Assembly: GCA_964035545.1 (NCBI GenBank)
Contig: OZ037768.1
Span: forward strand, 24,213,319-24,277,318
Reading direction: 5' to 3'
Origin: Bugula neritina
Lineage: Eukaryota; Animalia; Bryozoa
Length of the DNA: 64,000 nt
Below are positions 12,386 to 24,482 of this stretch, one piece after another (the stretch's first letter is position 1; each line of letters opens with the position of its first letter). The notes under the pieces were generated by a model. It was not told where the DNA came from. It saw nothing but the letters and a program-made list of their open reading frames with translations, and did no database searches. The translations under genes and the position numbers were made by a program.

Positions 12386-13588
12386 CCACCTGCTGACTCT
12401 GATCATTACATACACCAATCAGCACTCAGCCATCTCTTATCTGTGATGACCTTCAACTATAAGCCTGTCATTCTATTTCACTAAATCCTAAATTACTAAA
12501 CCATTCCGTCTGCAAATCTAGAGAATAGTTTGTGAGCTAACATCGTGTGAATCAATGGAAAGCACACTACTATTTGTTCAATGTGTTGCTTAGTTAGCTT
12601 GTCAAAGCTTTGTCCAATTATTGTGTATTGCGTTTAGTTTAATAGTGTTTATTTTTCACAATACAATTGGCTGTTAAGGACAATGAGGTAAAGTAATGCT
12701 CTGCCAGGGGCTGATAACTGCTGACCTAGAACTTTAATTTGCTTCTCATACCACGCAGAGTACAGGGTGAACTGTGAAAATGAAAATCTATAATTTAATA
12801 AATTTAGCAACTTGTTTTCTAATATCATAATTACAAAAATATTTATTTATGTTGCTGTCTATATGTATTTACTATAGAGTTTAGTTTTATTATATTGTAT
12901 CTAATATGACTGCAAGAAATAGATTTTAAATTGATAAAAAGTTATGAGTTCTAAGTGTGTTGCTTTTTATTTCTCTCCATCAATACGGTAGTAGAAATAA
13001 GCTAATTTATCTCCCAACAACTTGTGCAATGATATGACAGCCTATATATTGACCTCAACAATTGGCCTGTAGTTCACATTTATTATTTAAAGCACAATGC
13101 AATGTAGTAAATATATTGCTATACCAGCTGGTATACTGACATATGTATTATATTATTGTATTGCATTGTATTTGGTGTTTGACATAAAAACCACAACTTG
13201 TCAAAAATAAAGACCTGTATTTGACACTTCTTTCCATGCAGCTGATAATGTTGAAGCAACGTCAGGATAATGAATAAACAGAGATATAAAAATATATGCA
13301 AATCTTAAAAAATAGAAGTCAAAGCTCCATTTCATTAGCTGACTTGTATTAAAACATGTCTCAGTCAACATCTGGCTGGAAAATTCTAGTATATTCTAGC
13401 AAGTTCAATTTATTCCCAAAAGCATAGTTTACAGAAATGCTTTTATCATGTTTTCATTTTGGTGTCACCAATTCTGAGTGCTATATTCAAATATTAAGCA
13501 ACGATTAGCTAAAGTTGGTGTATTCACTTTGATATTAAATACTAGAAAATTCGAAGTAGAACTACGGAAAGCATTGGTTAGCAAATCT

Positions 13589-16500
13589 TTACGACATCAG
13601 AAAAGGGAAGAGTTGTGTTAGCAACTGTGCATACCAGTGAACACCTTCTGTTATATTAGTAGTATTGCCACAGTTGCTACATGATATCTCCCACAGACGA
13701 GAGTAAACTCTCACAGGAAGCAGAGCTAAATGAGCTAGCCAATGTCTGCTCACTGAAGCATAACAAGATGACGCGACGTCGTCCACAATGATATTGCCGG
13801 AGTAAGTTAAGGGTGCAGAATAACCAGTTTGAGTCACATGATGGGTGGAGACAACTTTTCTCGGAACCAATGTGTTATTTAGCTTTATAAATATGTATTG
13901 GTTTGGAGTTATATCTCTAGCAAATATCGCTGCCGAGTCAGCAAAGTTGTCAGTGGAATTGAGAGTCGCATACAGTAAGTGGTGTTCAGTCAAAGTGATC
14001 TGTCCTTCTGCATGTGTCTGTCCTTCTGCATATCTAATCTGTCCTTCTGCACATGTAGCCTGTCCTTCTGCACATGTCGCCTGTCCTTCTGCATATCTAA
14101 TCTGCATGAATGTCTGGCGTTTGTCTGACGCAATGTCTAGGAACATAAATACCTGGTCAGTAATTATTTTACCTGAGTTCCGCACAGCTGACTTCACCTG
14201 GTCACCTATTTTCAGGTGTCTCAGAAGTTTCTTGGAGTTATCCGACATCGTAACATACGAGTCGGAAGAAAAACACCCACCAGTAGAAAATGACGACAAA
14301 TCTTCATCTAAAAAGGAAATATAATATAAAATAAATACAAATACAGTATTTTATTATTATTCATAAAATATATTTAATTTAAAAAAATGGGTCTTTTCTA
14401 ATAGAGAAGTACGTGGTTGTAATTAATAGGAAAATAAAGCTGGGCACCAAAGCAAAAAGTTTATAAGCTCTTGAACCTTTTACAGCTGGCTATTATACGA
14501 GTAATATTCAACAGGAGAAGATAACTCCTAATATAAACTATAATCTTCAGTGTGTTGCCATTAATAATAATGGACTCACCAGATTTGACAGAGCAGTGAA
14601 TATGATGTCTACTCTCATAGGACACGTAGTCGAACCCCGCGTTGTATGCCAATCTCCCAAGTAGAGATAACTTCGCTCGATCTCTATCGCTAGTAGTGAT
14701 GTCTACGGCCCTCCCTTCGTAATGCAGTGAGTCGACGTCGTGTTCCATCTGCTCGTCCCATCCTTCAATAACTCTCAGCTTCACTCCCGGCCACTGGTTC
14801 ATCACCATGATGGCCAGACTGTCCAGTTTATCCTTGCACCTCTGTTTATATATATTAAATACCTCATGCATAGTATATTATATTATAGTATACAAAGTAT
14901 ATTATATTCTAGTGTATTATATCATAGTAAAGTGCATTATATTATAGTACTTGGGACAAATAACAGCTATTCAAGTTCATACGCACTTTTAAAGATAGTT
15001 GCTAATCAATGTCATTGAACAATGTTCCTATTATTTTATAATTAGAAGTAAGCAGTTTCACCACAATCCTTTGTCAGTTCAGCTTATCAAGTGTATAACT
15101 TTGCACTATATAATAGCTTTTAAAAAGTAATCAATCATTAATTCACATAATAATTATAACATTAAACACAAAGAGCATGCGAGAGAGATATTGCATAATT
15201 ACTTTTATAGTATTACTATATAAACCTTATATGTCTTATAATATTATTATATAAACTTTATATGTCTTATAATATTACTATATAAAGTTTATATGTCATA
15301 TAATATTACTATATAAACCTTATATGTCTTATAATATTACTAGCAATTTAAGTTATAAACTATATTATTAAAGTAATATTATGTTATTATATATATTAAT
15401 ATATACTTATATTATTATACACTATAAGTCATATTGCTATTATATGCTACAAGAAAATATTTTATTATTGTTAATAACTTAGTTGGATGTCAAAATATAG
15501 TGATCGGTCAGTCAAATATAAACAGAGACATTTCTATTATAATATAAAAATATTAGTATGCATAGTAAAGGGAATAATCAAATAGTTGGAAGTATCATAA
15601 TACCCAGCCTAAAAATATTTCTGGTTTGATGTAGAATTCATGCTAAAAGCCAAAAGAGGCCAATTAAAAATACTGCATCTGCGGAAGTATCTATGAACTG
15701 ATAATTCATTTGACCTCAAGGTCACCGTAAATAAAATATCGACTTTATAATTCAAAATATCCGTCATGAACTGAACTACAAGTGTAAACATTGTAACCAT
15801 CTTGTTGAAGTGGCCATGTGCTAGGATGTTTACACTAATGAGAATATGGTATGCATGACAAAAGGTTTTGTTCATCAAATCCTTTACAAAGTCTACGAGG
15901 CACAACCTGAGGTTGATACTTTGCAGCTGCATTTCTCTTCGCAATTCATCTCATCACGTCTTACTGAGTTTCTTCAGCTAACTATTTGTGTTTGAGTTTC
16001 TATCACATGCCATCTATGGTCTTATCAGTGAATTTAACAGATTATTATAACTTTAGTAGAGGTTATATATAATGAATAATATAAAGGTGGTGCGTGTCTT
16101 GTATTGCATCTTCCTATATTTTTACACAGAATATAATCCTTATAAATTGACTTGAAAATAATTGACAAAGTTGAATTAATTGTTATTAAAAATATGTTTA
16201 GAGAAACAACATTAAATTTAATCAGAACAAAATAATATTATTTCTAGAATGTTTTGAGCTCCTAAAAGCATTCTATCAGATTTTCTGCTATAAATCGTCA
16301 TTTTAGATATTTCATGCTGCAGTAACCCTCAATTTACTAATTACAAAAACAAATTAAATGTCTAAAATTTAAATTTAATTGAGTAACAATTATGTGCTGG
16401 TGAAGTTATGAACCCGATAGAATTAAACTTTCAACATGTTATAACTGTCACAGGTGATATTTCATACAAGTCCTTGTATGCAGGTAACATGTTCCTGTTA

Positions 16501-17345
16501 AGATCAGGTTTAATCACTCTGTTACACCTCCCCCAAACAAATACATGAAACATTTTTACAATTAAAAGACTCATTGGCCTGCGTAACTTTTTCTAATTCT
16601 ATTGCATTGAGAAAAACTGATTGTAGCTAATGATGCATGTCGTGAAGCCATGAACCATGAAACTTTTAGATTTGTACATAAAATAATATTAACTGATTCC
16701 TCACCCATAGAGTTACGCTATAATCTGTTTTGAATATTTGTGTTTCTTAGTTTTTATCAGACTTAAGTTAACAAAGTCATATATAGTATGTTCATACAGT
16801 TTGTATGAAACTATAGCATGTTACATTTTAACCACAATTTTAGCGTATTATGCTGCAATAGTCAAATAATAACATTAATATGCTATGTTATACTATATTA
16901 TATTATACAATAAATCATTATGTAAAATCTCATTCTATATTACAATATGTACTCATGTTATTTGCTGTGCTAGCCAACACATGTCTGCTGTTATATACAA
17001 GCTGGAAGACATTGTTCAACTACAAGTCACATGACCCACCTGAGTCATCACCCTGTCAGCACCGGTTCTCTCCTCATCTTTAAACAGGATGTCAACATTC
17101 TGATTCTCCACCAGCTCCTTGAACTCCGGGCTGTCTCTCGTGATACGACCTCTAGTTGACCCTGAAGCAGAGACCGACAGCTCTGACCGACTCGGGATGT
17201 ACTCTCCGTATATCATTGGCTCCATGTTGCTGTTTCTACCGGGTCTTACAGACGTCCTTCCGCTAGACATGCACCCGTCTGCTGACCCTAACATCAGCAG
17301 AACACACGCAGAAGAGCTCAGCAAAGTTAACATGGCTGACAGCAT
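13589..17345 (-). CDS. hh: Hedgehog protein (signal peptide, Hedge domain, Hint/Hog autoprocessing domain)
   Basis: Three exons 17345-17040, 14841-14580 and 14307-13589 in the canonical hedgehog layout. Motifs [15 protein letters not shown]|[31 protein letters not shown], the GG|CF cleavage site, [26 protein letters not shown] and GVHWYAQLL. Confidence 0.97.
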
Positions 17346-17497
17346 TGTCTTCTCACTCCTGGACAGAGTTTATAAAACAGACTTTTGTTGAAATCACTTG
17401 AGAGTAGATTAAACAAAACCTCTTTATGATAACTTTGAGATACTGTAGGAGTAGTTGAGGAGCTCTACACTTGAAATGGTTTGTGTGAAGTCTTCAC

Positions 17498-17512
17498 TGC
17501 TTTATATAGGCT
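17498..17512 (-). promoter_or_regulatory. Candidate TATA box of hedgehog
   Basis: CTATATAAAG on the minus strand about 155 bp upstream of the ATG; motif and position only. Confidence 0.4.
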
Positions 17513-20209
17513 CTACACCTGCAGCTCTGAGTGAACAATCAATGGAGTGGGGTACGCAGTGCCCTCTATTGATTATTATGCATATCTGTATTAGTGTTAA
17601 TGTATAGCCCAAATATCAAAGCTTTTCCATCGAATTTGGGACTTTTTCCGTTAAGGTTTCTAATTGAAAAAAAAGCTTCAGGAAATTGTTTTGCATAATA
17701 TTTACTAGTCTATAATGAGTTAACAAGTTGTTTTAATGTGGTTTTGGGTACATCCAACATTACTTCCATGTGTAAATGTACAAAATGACATATTTTATTA
17801 CTTTCTGATATGCACCTTTCTCTATACTTACTTTTCTTAAAAATCAGCATTTTTTAGAGTTTTAGTGTTTGAAGAAGTTGTGCAACAGTTTCTATTTCTA
17901 GTTTCTATTATGCGTTTTGTTTACTTCGGATTGCTATGAAGACGTGAATTACTGCTTCCAATCTCGAATGATGCCATCAGCAGCAGCAGTAACAGAAATT
18001 TACAGGCCTTACTCATGCTGCCAAGAATCTATAAATAGCCTCATGTCATCTGCTCGCTCTGCACACAACTGCATCTGTTTACACAACGAGACATTGTCAT
18101 TAACTTTCACTCCATTGTTTACTAATTAACATATAATACAGGTCAATAAACTTGATGTGATTTATTCATCAGCCAGTGTTTAGGAGCACCGAGTGGGGAG
18201 TGTCAGTTGGTTTGAGACAGGCTGGGGGTCTCCACCTCCTATGGCCAATAGTGTCCCTGACCACCTCGGGGAGAGAGGGTCTTTCCAGAGAGTCAATACA
18301 GATAGACACGGCTGAATGAAAGAATTGATTTCCTGTTAAACACGAGGTATTCGGAACTCACAGTATAACACTCTATGACGGCTGCATAGGAGGTGAAGGG
18401 GTTCTGTTTACAGTAATACCTGAGTTCCTTTAAATGCTTGTAGATGAGGGGTGGTGATCAAACCGTTTCAAACTCTAGAACAACACTGATTGGTCTGAGC
18501 CAAGTAGGAAAATAGCGAAAACTATCAGACTTAGTCGTATCTATTGCTTCTATATACTTACTTACTACTCACTTTATTACTTAAATTTTAGCAGAATATT
18601 TGCACAAAGTTGTGAGCTGTGAAAATATAACTAAATGGGTAAGATAAATTAGTCTACAGTATTAATGCTGAACTTTCCAAGTTAAAACTTTAAGCAAATT
18701 AAAGATAGCATAAGTATTCATTCTGGTGACATATCTAGCTAATTTCTAGCCCGCAGACATTGCAGACAATAGGATAAACAGCAAGGTACGGTGGACCTAA
18801 GGCTATATAGAAGAGGAAACACCGTGAGGGAAGACCAACTGAGTGAAAATCACTGAAACCTATCAACATGAGTCATTCATATTCACTGACTTCGAATTAG
18901 AGCAGAGAAGTCCGAGGGGTTTATAGACTTCCACATCAGTAGACATCAATGTACTCAGCAAACAGCTGTTCAGTTTGTCCACTGATGTTCATTATACAGG
19001 TTGATTATTGATTCAAATATATAATGCTTTCAAAGTAAATGCTGTTGTGTGAAAAGATAAATACATAAATATATAAACATTCTCTATTGAATAGATAGGT
19101 ACTGTATAGAGTTATTATTTGAATTCAAACTGAAGCCAACCTATATTCACTATATAAACACAATCTACATTTTAGTTATTAAATCTACATTAACATAAGT
19201 GTTTTGGTAAGACAAGCTATAAAAATTGAAAGTGTGCCTATAAACCGATTTTTAGGATTAAGGGATATAAATTTATAATGGTGCGTTTTGTTAAAAATAT
19301 GTTTAGTTAAATTATAAATATTATATTATAACCGTTGGTTACCATTTGACTGCTAATAATATTGTTACATGTTGATTGTGGAGCATATTACCAGTCATTT
19401 ATTCAGCATTTCTTTCAAACATCTTGTTATTGTGACTAAACAAGGTGTTATTAAAGCTGTACACAGATAAACTAACCCTTTATCTATATATTCATCATAC
19501 AGTCACACCATATCTATGATGAAGCTAGAGTTGGTATTTCACGTTTGTTTCCCATAGTAAGTTTTTTCAGAAATGTACCTTTAATTCCACGCAATGAGAG
19601 AGACAGCCCGGTGGAGATAACAATATGTAAACAACGAGAGTAATATTGTGAATGCTGATAACATTATACAGGGAGTCTAATCACTCGCCCCTTCACTTGA
19701 GTATAATATAAGATAGTTTTTCAGGCTGTAGATGTGCCTTTCTATACCCTGACCTCTTTTTTGTTGTTCAATAAATCTCACATGCAACTCAAACTCGGCA
19801 TGTAAACCACGACACACTTTCCCTTCTAATGAAATACAAGATTTTCTCTTCAAAGTATTGTTAGCCTATTCATATTGTATAAGTCAATGAGATATGATTT
19901 TAAATATAAGTTTTGTATTGAATATAAAATCATCTACAAGAAGTTACATAATAGCAAACGGAATAATTTATTAGGTGAAAAGTGATTTCTATTTTATGAC
20001 TATATGTTGTCCTTACACAGTATCCTATTGTACCATATCATATCATATAGTATCATATCATACCATATAATATAATACCATATTCCATTGCATCATATAA
20101 TACTACATAATATCGTATCGTACCATAGTATATCAACAAGAAATAATAAATTTTATGAAACGTATTAAAGATATCATCGTCTCTGGTAAACTTGAAGTCA
20201 GCCAATGAG

Positions 20210-22968
20210 TCAGTACTTCTGTGGTGTCTGACCAGCTTCTGCTTGCTGGGGGTAGCCAGAGTACTGAGGTGTCGCAGCAGCGTAGGCTGGTGCTGCCGAG
20301 GGGTACTGTTGCATGGGGACACTGTAGGGGTTGTGAGGAGGGCTGTTCATGTAGCCGGGTGGGCCGGCTGCGATGACTGTAGTCTGTCCAATCGTACCCT
20401 ACATTACATAGTCAGGAGTTATCAGTCCTTGCTTCAATTCATTGTCGTCTGCAAGTTGTTGCAGACGACAATGGCGATAAAAGATATTCCCCAAAATGTT
20501 TTTTCTTATTTATGTTTTCCTAAATTAGTAAATAAAACAGTTAATGCTCTTTATAACAGTATGCCACTGTATGTATTAGAGCAAGGACAAGCACCATTGT
20601 CAGATTTTATTTTTGTTGTCACCAAAAACAAATCATGCCACACTTTGGGATTTGTAACGAGTTGAAAATGAAATTGCAAGTTAGTCTTAGTCTGAGATCC
20701 TATGCTGGTCAATACTCACGTTGTTGGGGGTCCTGTTACACGTGCCGCAACATGCAACACATGAAAGAGGAATTAGCAGCACAAAACTCAACCAGTTGAT
20801 GACAACCATTCCAACCCGCAGACTGTAGAGACTGAAAGACACACAGACAGATCTCTTGAACACAATGACTCTGGCTAGAACTTTGATTGAGTGTTGGTTG
20901 TGGACAAGGCAAACAGATTTGAGTCAGTTTCAAGTTTAACACGGCTTTTAGCACTCTCACTCTATCAAGATTGATCAGAAGTAATTCTATTTAGTTCAGA
21001 CTTTAATAATGAAGGTCATTTGAGGATGACCTTGACATCATATAACGTGACATGTTACCTTCAAGTCAGCCATTGCCACTGTAGCCTAATACCGACACTT
21101 ACTCTAAAACACCGGAAGTTGATGAAGAGCTCCCGAAGGCGTTACCAAAAGCACTCCCGTAGACTCTGCTAAGAGTGCTGCTGTAGAGGGACACATAGCT
21201 GGAGACAAAATTAAATATGCCGAAAAGTCCAAGAGTAGCTACGATGGCAGCTCCGAGTGTGAAAAGGATGGCGAAGATGGAGATGATTATGGTGGAGATG
21301 TACTAAAGTATAAAATGTGTACAGTATACTGTAGTGAAACATGTAGACAGTGCTATATTGTAACACATGCACAATACTGTAGTATGCTATGTATACAGTG
21401 TACAGTACTGTAGTATGCTATGTATACAGTGTACAGTACTGTAGTATGTTATGTATACAGTGTACAGTACTGTAGTATGCTATGTATACAGTGTACAGTA
21501 CTGCAGTATGCTATGTATACAGTGTACAGTACTGTAGTATGTTATGTATACAGTGTACAGTACTGTAGTATGCTATGTATACAGTGTATAGTACTGTAGT
21601 ATGTTATGTATACAGTGTACAGTACTGTAGTATGCTATGTATACAGTGTACAGTACTGTAGTATGCTATGTATACAGTGTACAGTACTGTAGTATGTTAT
21701 GTATACAGTGTACAGTACTGTAGTATGCTATGTATACAGTGTACAATACTGTAGTATGTTATGTATACAGTGTACAGTACTGTAGTATGCTATGTATACA
21801 GTGTACAGTACTGTAGTATGTTATGTATACAGTGTACAGTACTGTAGTATGTTATGTATACAGTGTACAATACTGTAGTATGTTATGTATACAGTGTACA
21901 ATACTGTAGTATGTTATGTATACAGTGTACAGTACTGTAGTATGTTATGTATACAGTGTACAGTACTGTAGTATGTTATGTATACAATGTACAGTACTGT
22001 AGTATGTTATGTATACAGATGTAGAGAGATACTCACTGGACAGGAGTGACCAGTTGCCCCGGCTACGATCGCCAAGATACACACGAGGAGTAACTGAAAG
22101 CAAAAGACATTTACTTTAGCAGCAGGAAATGAGACACCAAAGCATTTGGTAGGGGGTATTCAGTGCACCCAGCCTATTTCAGTGATATACTGCAGGTGTG
22201 CATTGAAACAAGGCAACTGAGTATCAAAAATCAGTCTTAATAACACACTTTGTAACCTAATGTTTTGGCCCCAAATTTGAAGTATTACAGTGCTCAGTTG
22301 ATTTGGAAACAGTAAAACAAACATCTTGTCTATTTTATAAATTATGAACTAGATTGCAATCTTTACGGTGTTAGTTTCTATAAACGCAGGTAAGCACAGG
22401 TAAGCTCACTCTGATGACTCACCCAGCTGGCTGTCCCCAAGCTGCTCAGAGTTACATAATCAAAAATAATGTTAGTTTCAGTTCCGATCTTTCCACAGAC
22501 TCCATAGAGGGAGATAGCTGTAATATCAGGTGTATATTACACTGAGTAGGTGAATATCAGGTATATATTATACTGAGTAGGTGAATATCAGGTATATAAT
22601 ATTATACTGAGTAGGTGAATATCAGGTGTATATTATACTGAGTAGGTGAATATCAGGTATATATTATACTGAGTAGGTGAATATCAGGTATATATTATCC
22701 TGAGTAGGTGAATATCAGGTATATATTACACTGAGTAGGTGAATATTAGGTATATATTACACTGAGTAGGAATGTGTACATATTATGTCTCACGCAGCAA
22801 ATAGTCATAAAACTGTTGAGAACTTAAAATCTAGTAAATAAACCACTACATGATGCATTTCTTGCAAATTCAATTTAGAATAAAATATATAAATATTTAC
22901 TAACTTAAAACCAGCTGAATTCCTCCCAACACAATTAGTGCCACGTCCAAACCTGTCAGTTTCCTCAT
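20210..22968 (-). CDS. MS4A/CD20-like four-pass membrane protein with Pro/Tyr/Gln-rich tail (missed by ORF track)
   Basis: Phase-compatible exons approx 22968-22905 (MRKLTGLDVALIVLGGIQLVL), 22516-22422, 22093-22037, 21302-21103, 20831-20720 and 20398-20210. Four hydrophobic segments, an LGxIQ motif in TM1, CVACCGTC after TM4, and tail ...PPGYMNSPPHNPYSVPMQQYP...QKY*. Confidence 0.8.
21370..22018. repeat. Intronic 31-bp palindrome-rich minisatellite (GTACAGTACTGTAGTATGYTATGTATACAGT)
   Basis: About 21 copies filling most of intron 21303-22036. Confidence 0.95.
22522..22770. repeat. Intronic 31-bp minisatellite abutting the acceptor (GTGAATATCAGGTATATATTATACTGAGTAG)
   Basis: About 8 copies. 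Confidence 0.92.
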
Positions 22969-23816
22969 ATTGACTTATTTTAGGCTGAAAACTAGTTTAG
23001 ATATTGCTACGAGGGCACCTGCGGTAATGTGTCACCCTAAATGTAGTATAAGGACACCTGTAGTACGGTGTCACCCTGAATTCTCAGTTCCTACTCCACT
23101 CTTATCTCTGGTAACTATTTATATAAGAGATAGTTACCACCAACAGCTTTTTAGGGTTTAGTGTGTCAAAGTTTACGTTGCGTGTGTTGAAATAGTGATA
23201 AACAGATATTACTGATAGAAGGCTTGGCTATTTAACTATACATTCTACATGACTTTACCTAGCAGGTATCCCAGTACATCACAACCAAACCACAGCAAGT
23301 TCTCTGCCATTGATAATTTCTGTCTAATTGGTAAATGAAGAAGACTGAGTTATCCCCCCAATTACGATAAGATGTTAGATGGCAAAATGTTTGTAAGCCA
23401 TATGAAAATAAAGTATTGTGTATATCATGGTTTATACCAACTTGGGATTGAACACGACGTACAGTATTTTATGTTATGAAATAAATCAGTGTAGCAAGCC
23501 AACTGTGTCTATATTCCTGTCTCCTTTTACAAAAGAGAAGCATGTCCTTTCCTTAGCCAATGAGCAATATGTAGTAAACAAGTATTAGAGTATAATAAAC
23601 ATGATAACACAATGCTATACATGAGCAGGGGAGACAAGTCATTAGTTATAAGCAGGGAGTAGTCACAACTTAGCTTTAGTTCCACAATACATATGGCTGT
23701 GGGGTGACATTGTGGCCATCTAACTATTTATAACCAAAGAGAGATTCTGTAAAGCGTGTTTCATATATGCTATTAGAGCAAAGGTTAAAGTGCATTGTAT
23801 ATCAAAAGATCGAGAT

Positions 23817-23982
23817 GTGACTCACTAGTCTGGTGACTCACTAGTCTGGTGACTCACTAGTCTGGTGAATCACTAGTCTAATGAATCACTAGTCTGGTGA
23901 CTCACTAGTCTGGTGACTCATTAGTCTGATGACTCATTAGTCTGGTGACTCATTAGTCTGATGACTCATTAGTCTGGTGACT
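23817..23982. repeat. 16-bp minisatellite (GTGACTCACTAGTCTG)
   Basis: About 10 copies; many contain TGACTCA. Confidence 0.92.
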
Positions 23983-24482
23983 ATGACAGCTCAGTTCAAA
24001 CTTTTTGATGTTCAGATGACAATCATGAATTTAATCCCTGGTAACTCCAGTATAACTCAAATGACATTTTACAAAATTTATTAGTTTGAAGCAAGAAACT
24101 CAGATAAAATCAATAGGCAACTGCCTTAATATAGCAGAGCATTGCTTGAGTAATAAACAAATTGAATAGTCACTTGAAATTAATTAGGCAGTTCAAGAGA
24201 CTGTTTGTTTACTAGAATTTGATATTACTTTTAAATAATTTATAATTATAGATTAAACAAGCAAGTTTATATTTTTAATTTTATATTTGCAATACGTTTG
24301 AAAATTGTTGCTAAGTACAGTCATCATGTTTGGTAATATACCAACATCAAGAACTTGAAAATCAATTCACCTTTTTCTCCATGATCAGTTAATTATTCAC
24401 CTTGTTCTTGAAAAGTTGCTAAATAACAATCGTCTAGTTGATATATGTCTAATAGTGGCAAATAAGAGGAGAATTTTGACCA

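Noticed and set aside
13589-14275. Intein-like element
   Set aside because: This is the normal hedgehog Hint/Hog domain, not a mobile intein.
13845-14324. Antisense ORFs over real exons (also 910-1113, 5782-6062, 7196-7516, 17119-17391, 20192-20665)
   Set aside because: Shadow frames of coding exons with no independent motifs or splice support.
23259-23310. Possible upstream coding exon MAENLLWFGCDVLGYLL for the tetraspan gene
   Set aside because: Splicing to the next acceptor (~22985) gives an immediate stop, and the 22968 ATG already provides TM1. It may be a UTR/uORF or alternative exon, but this is unsupported.
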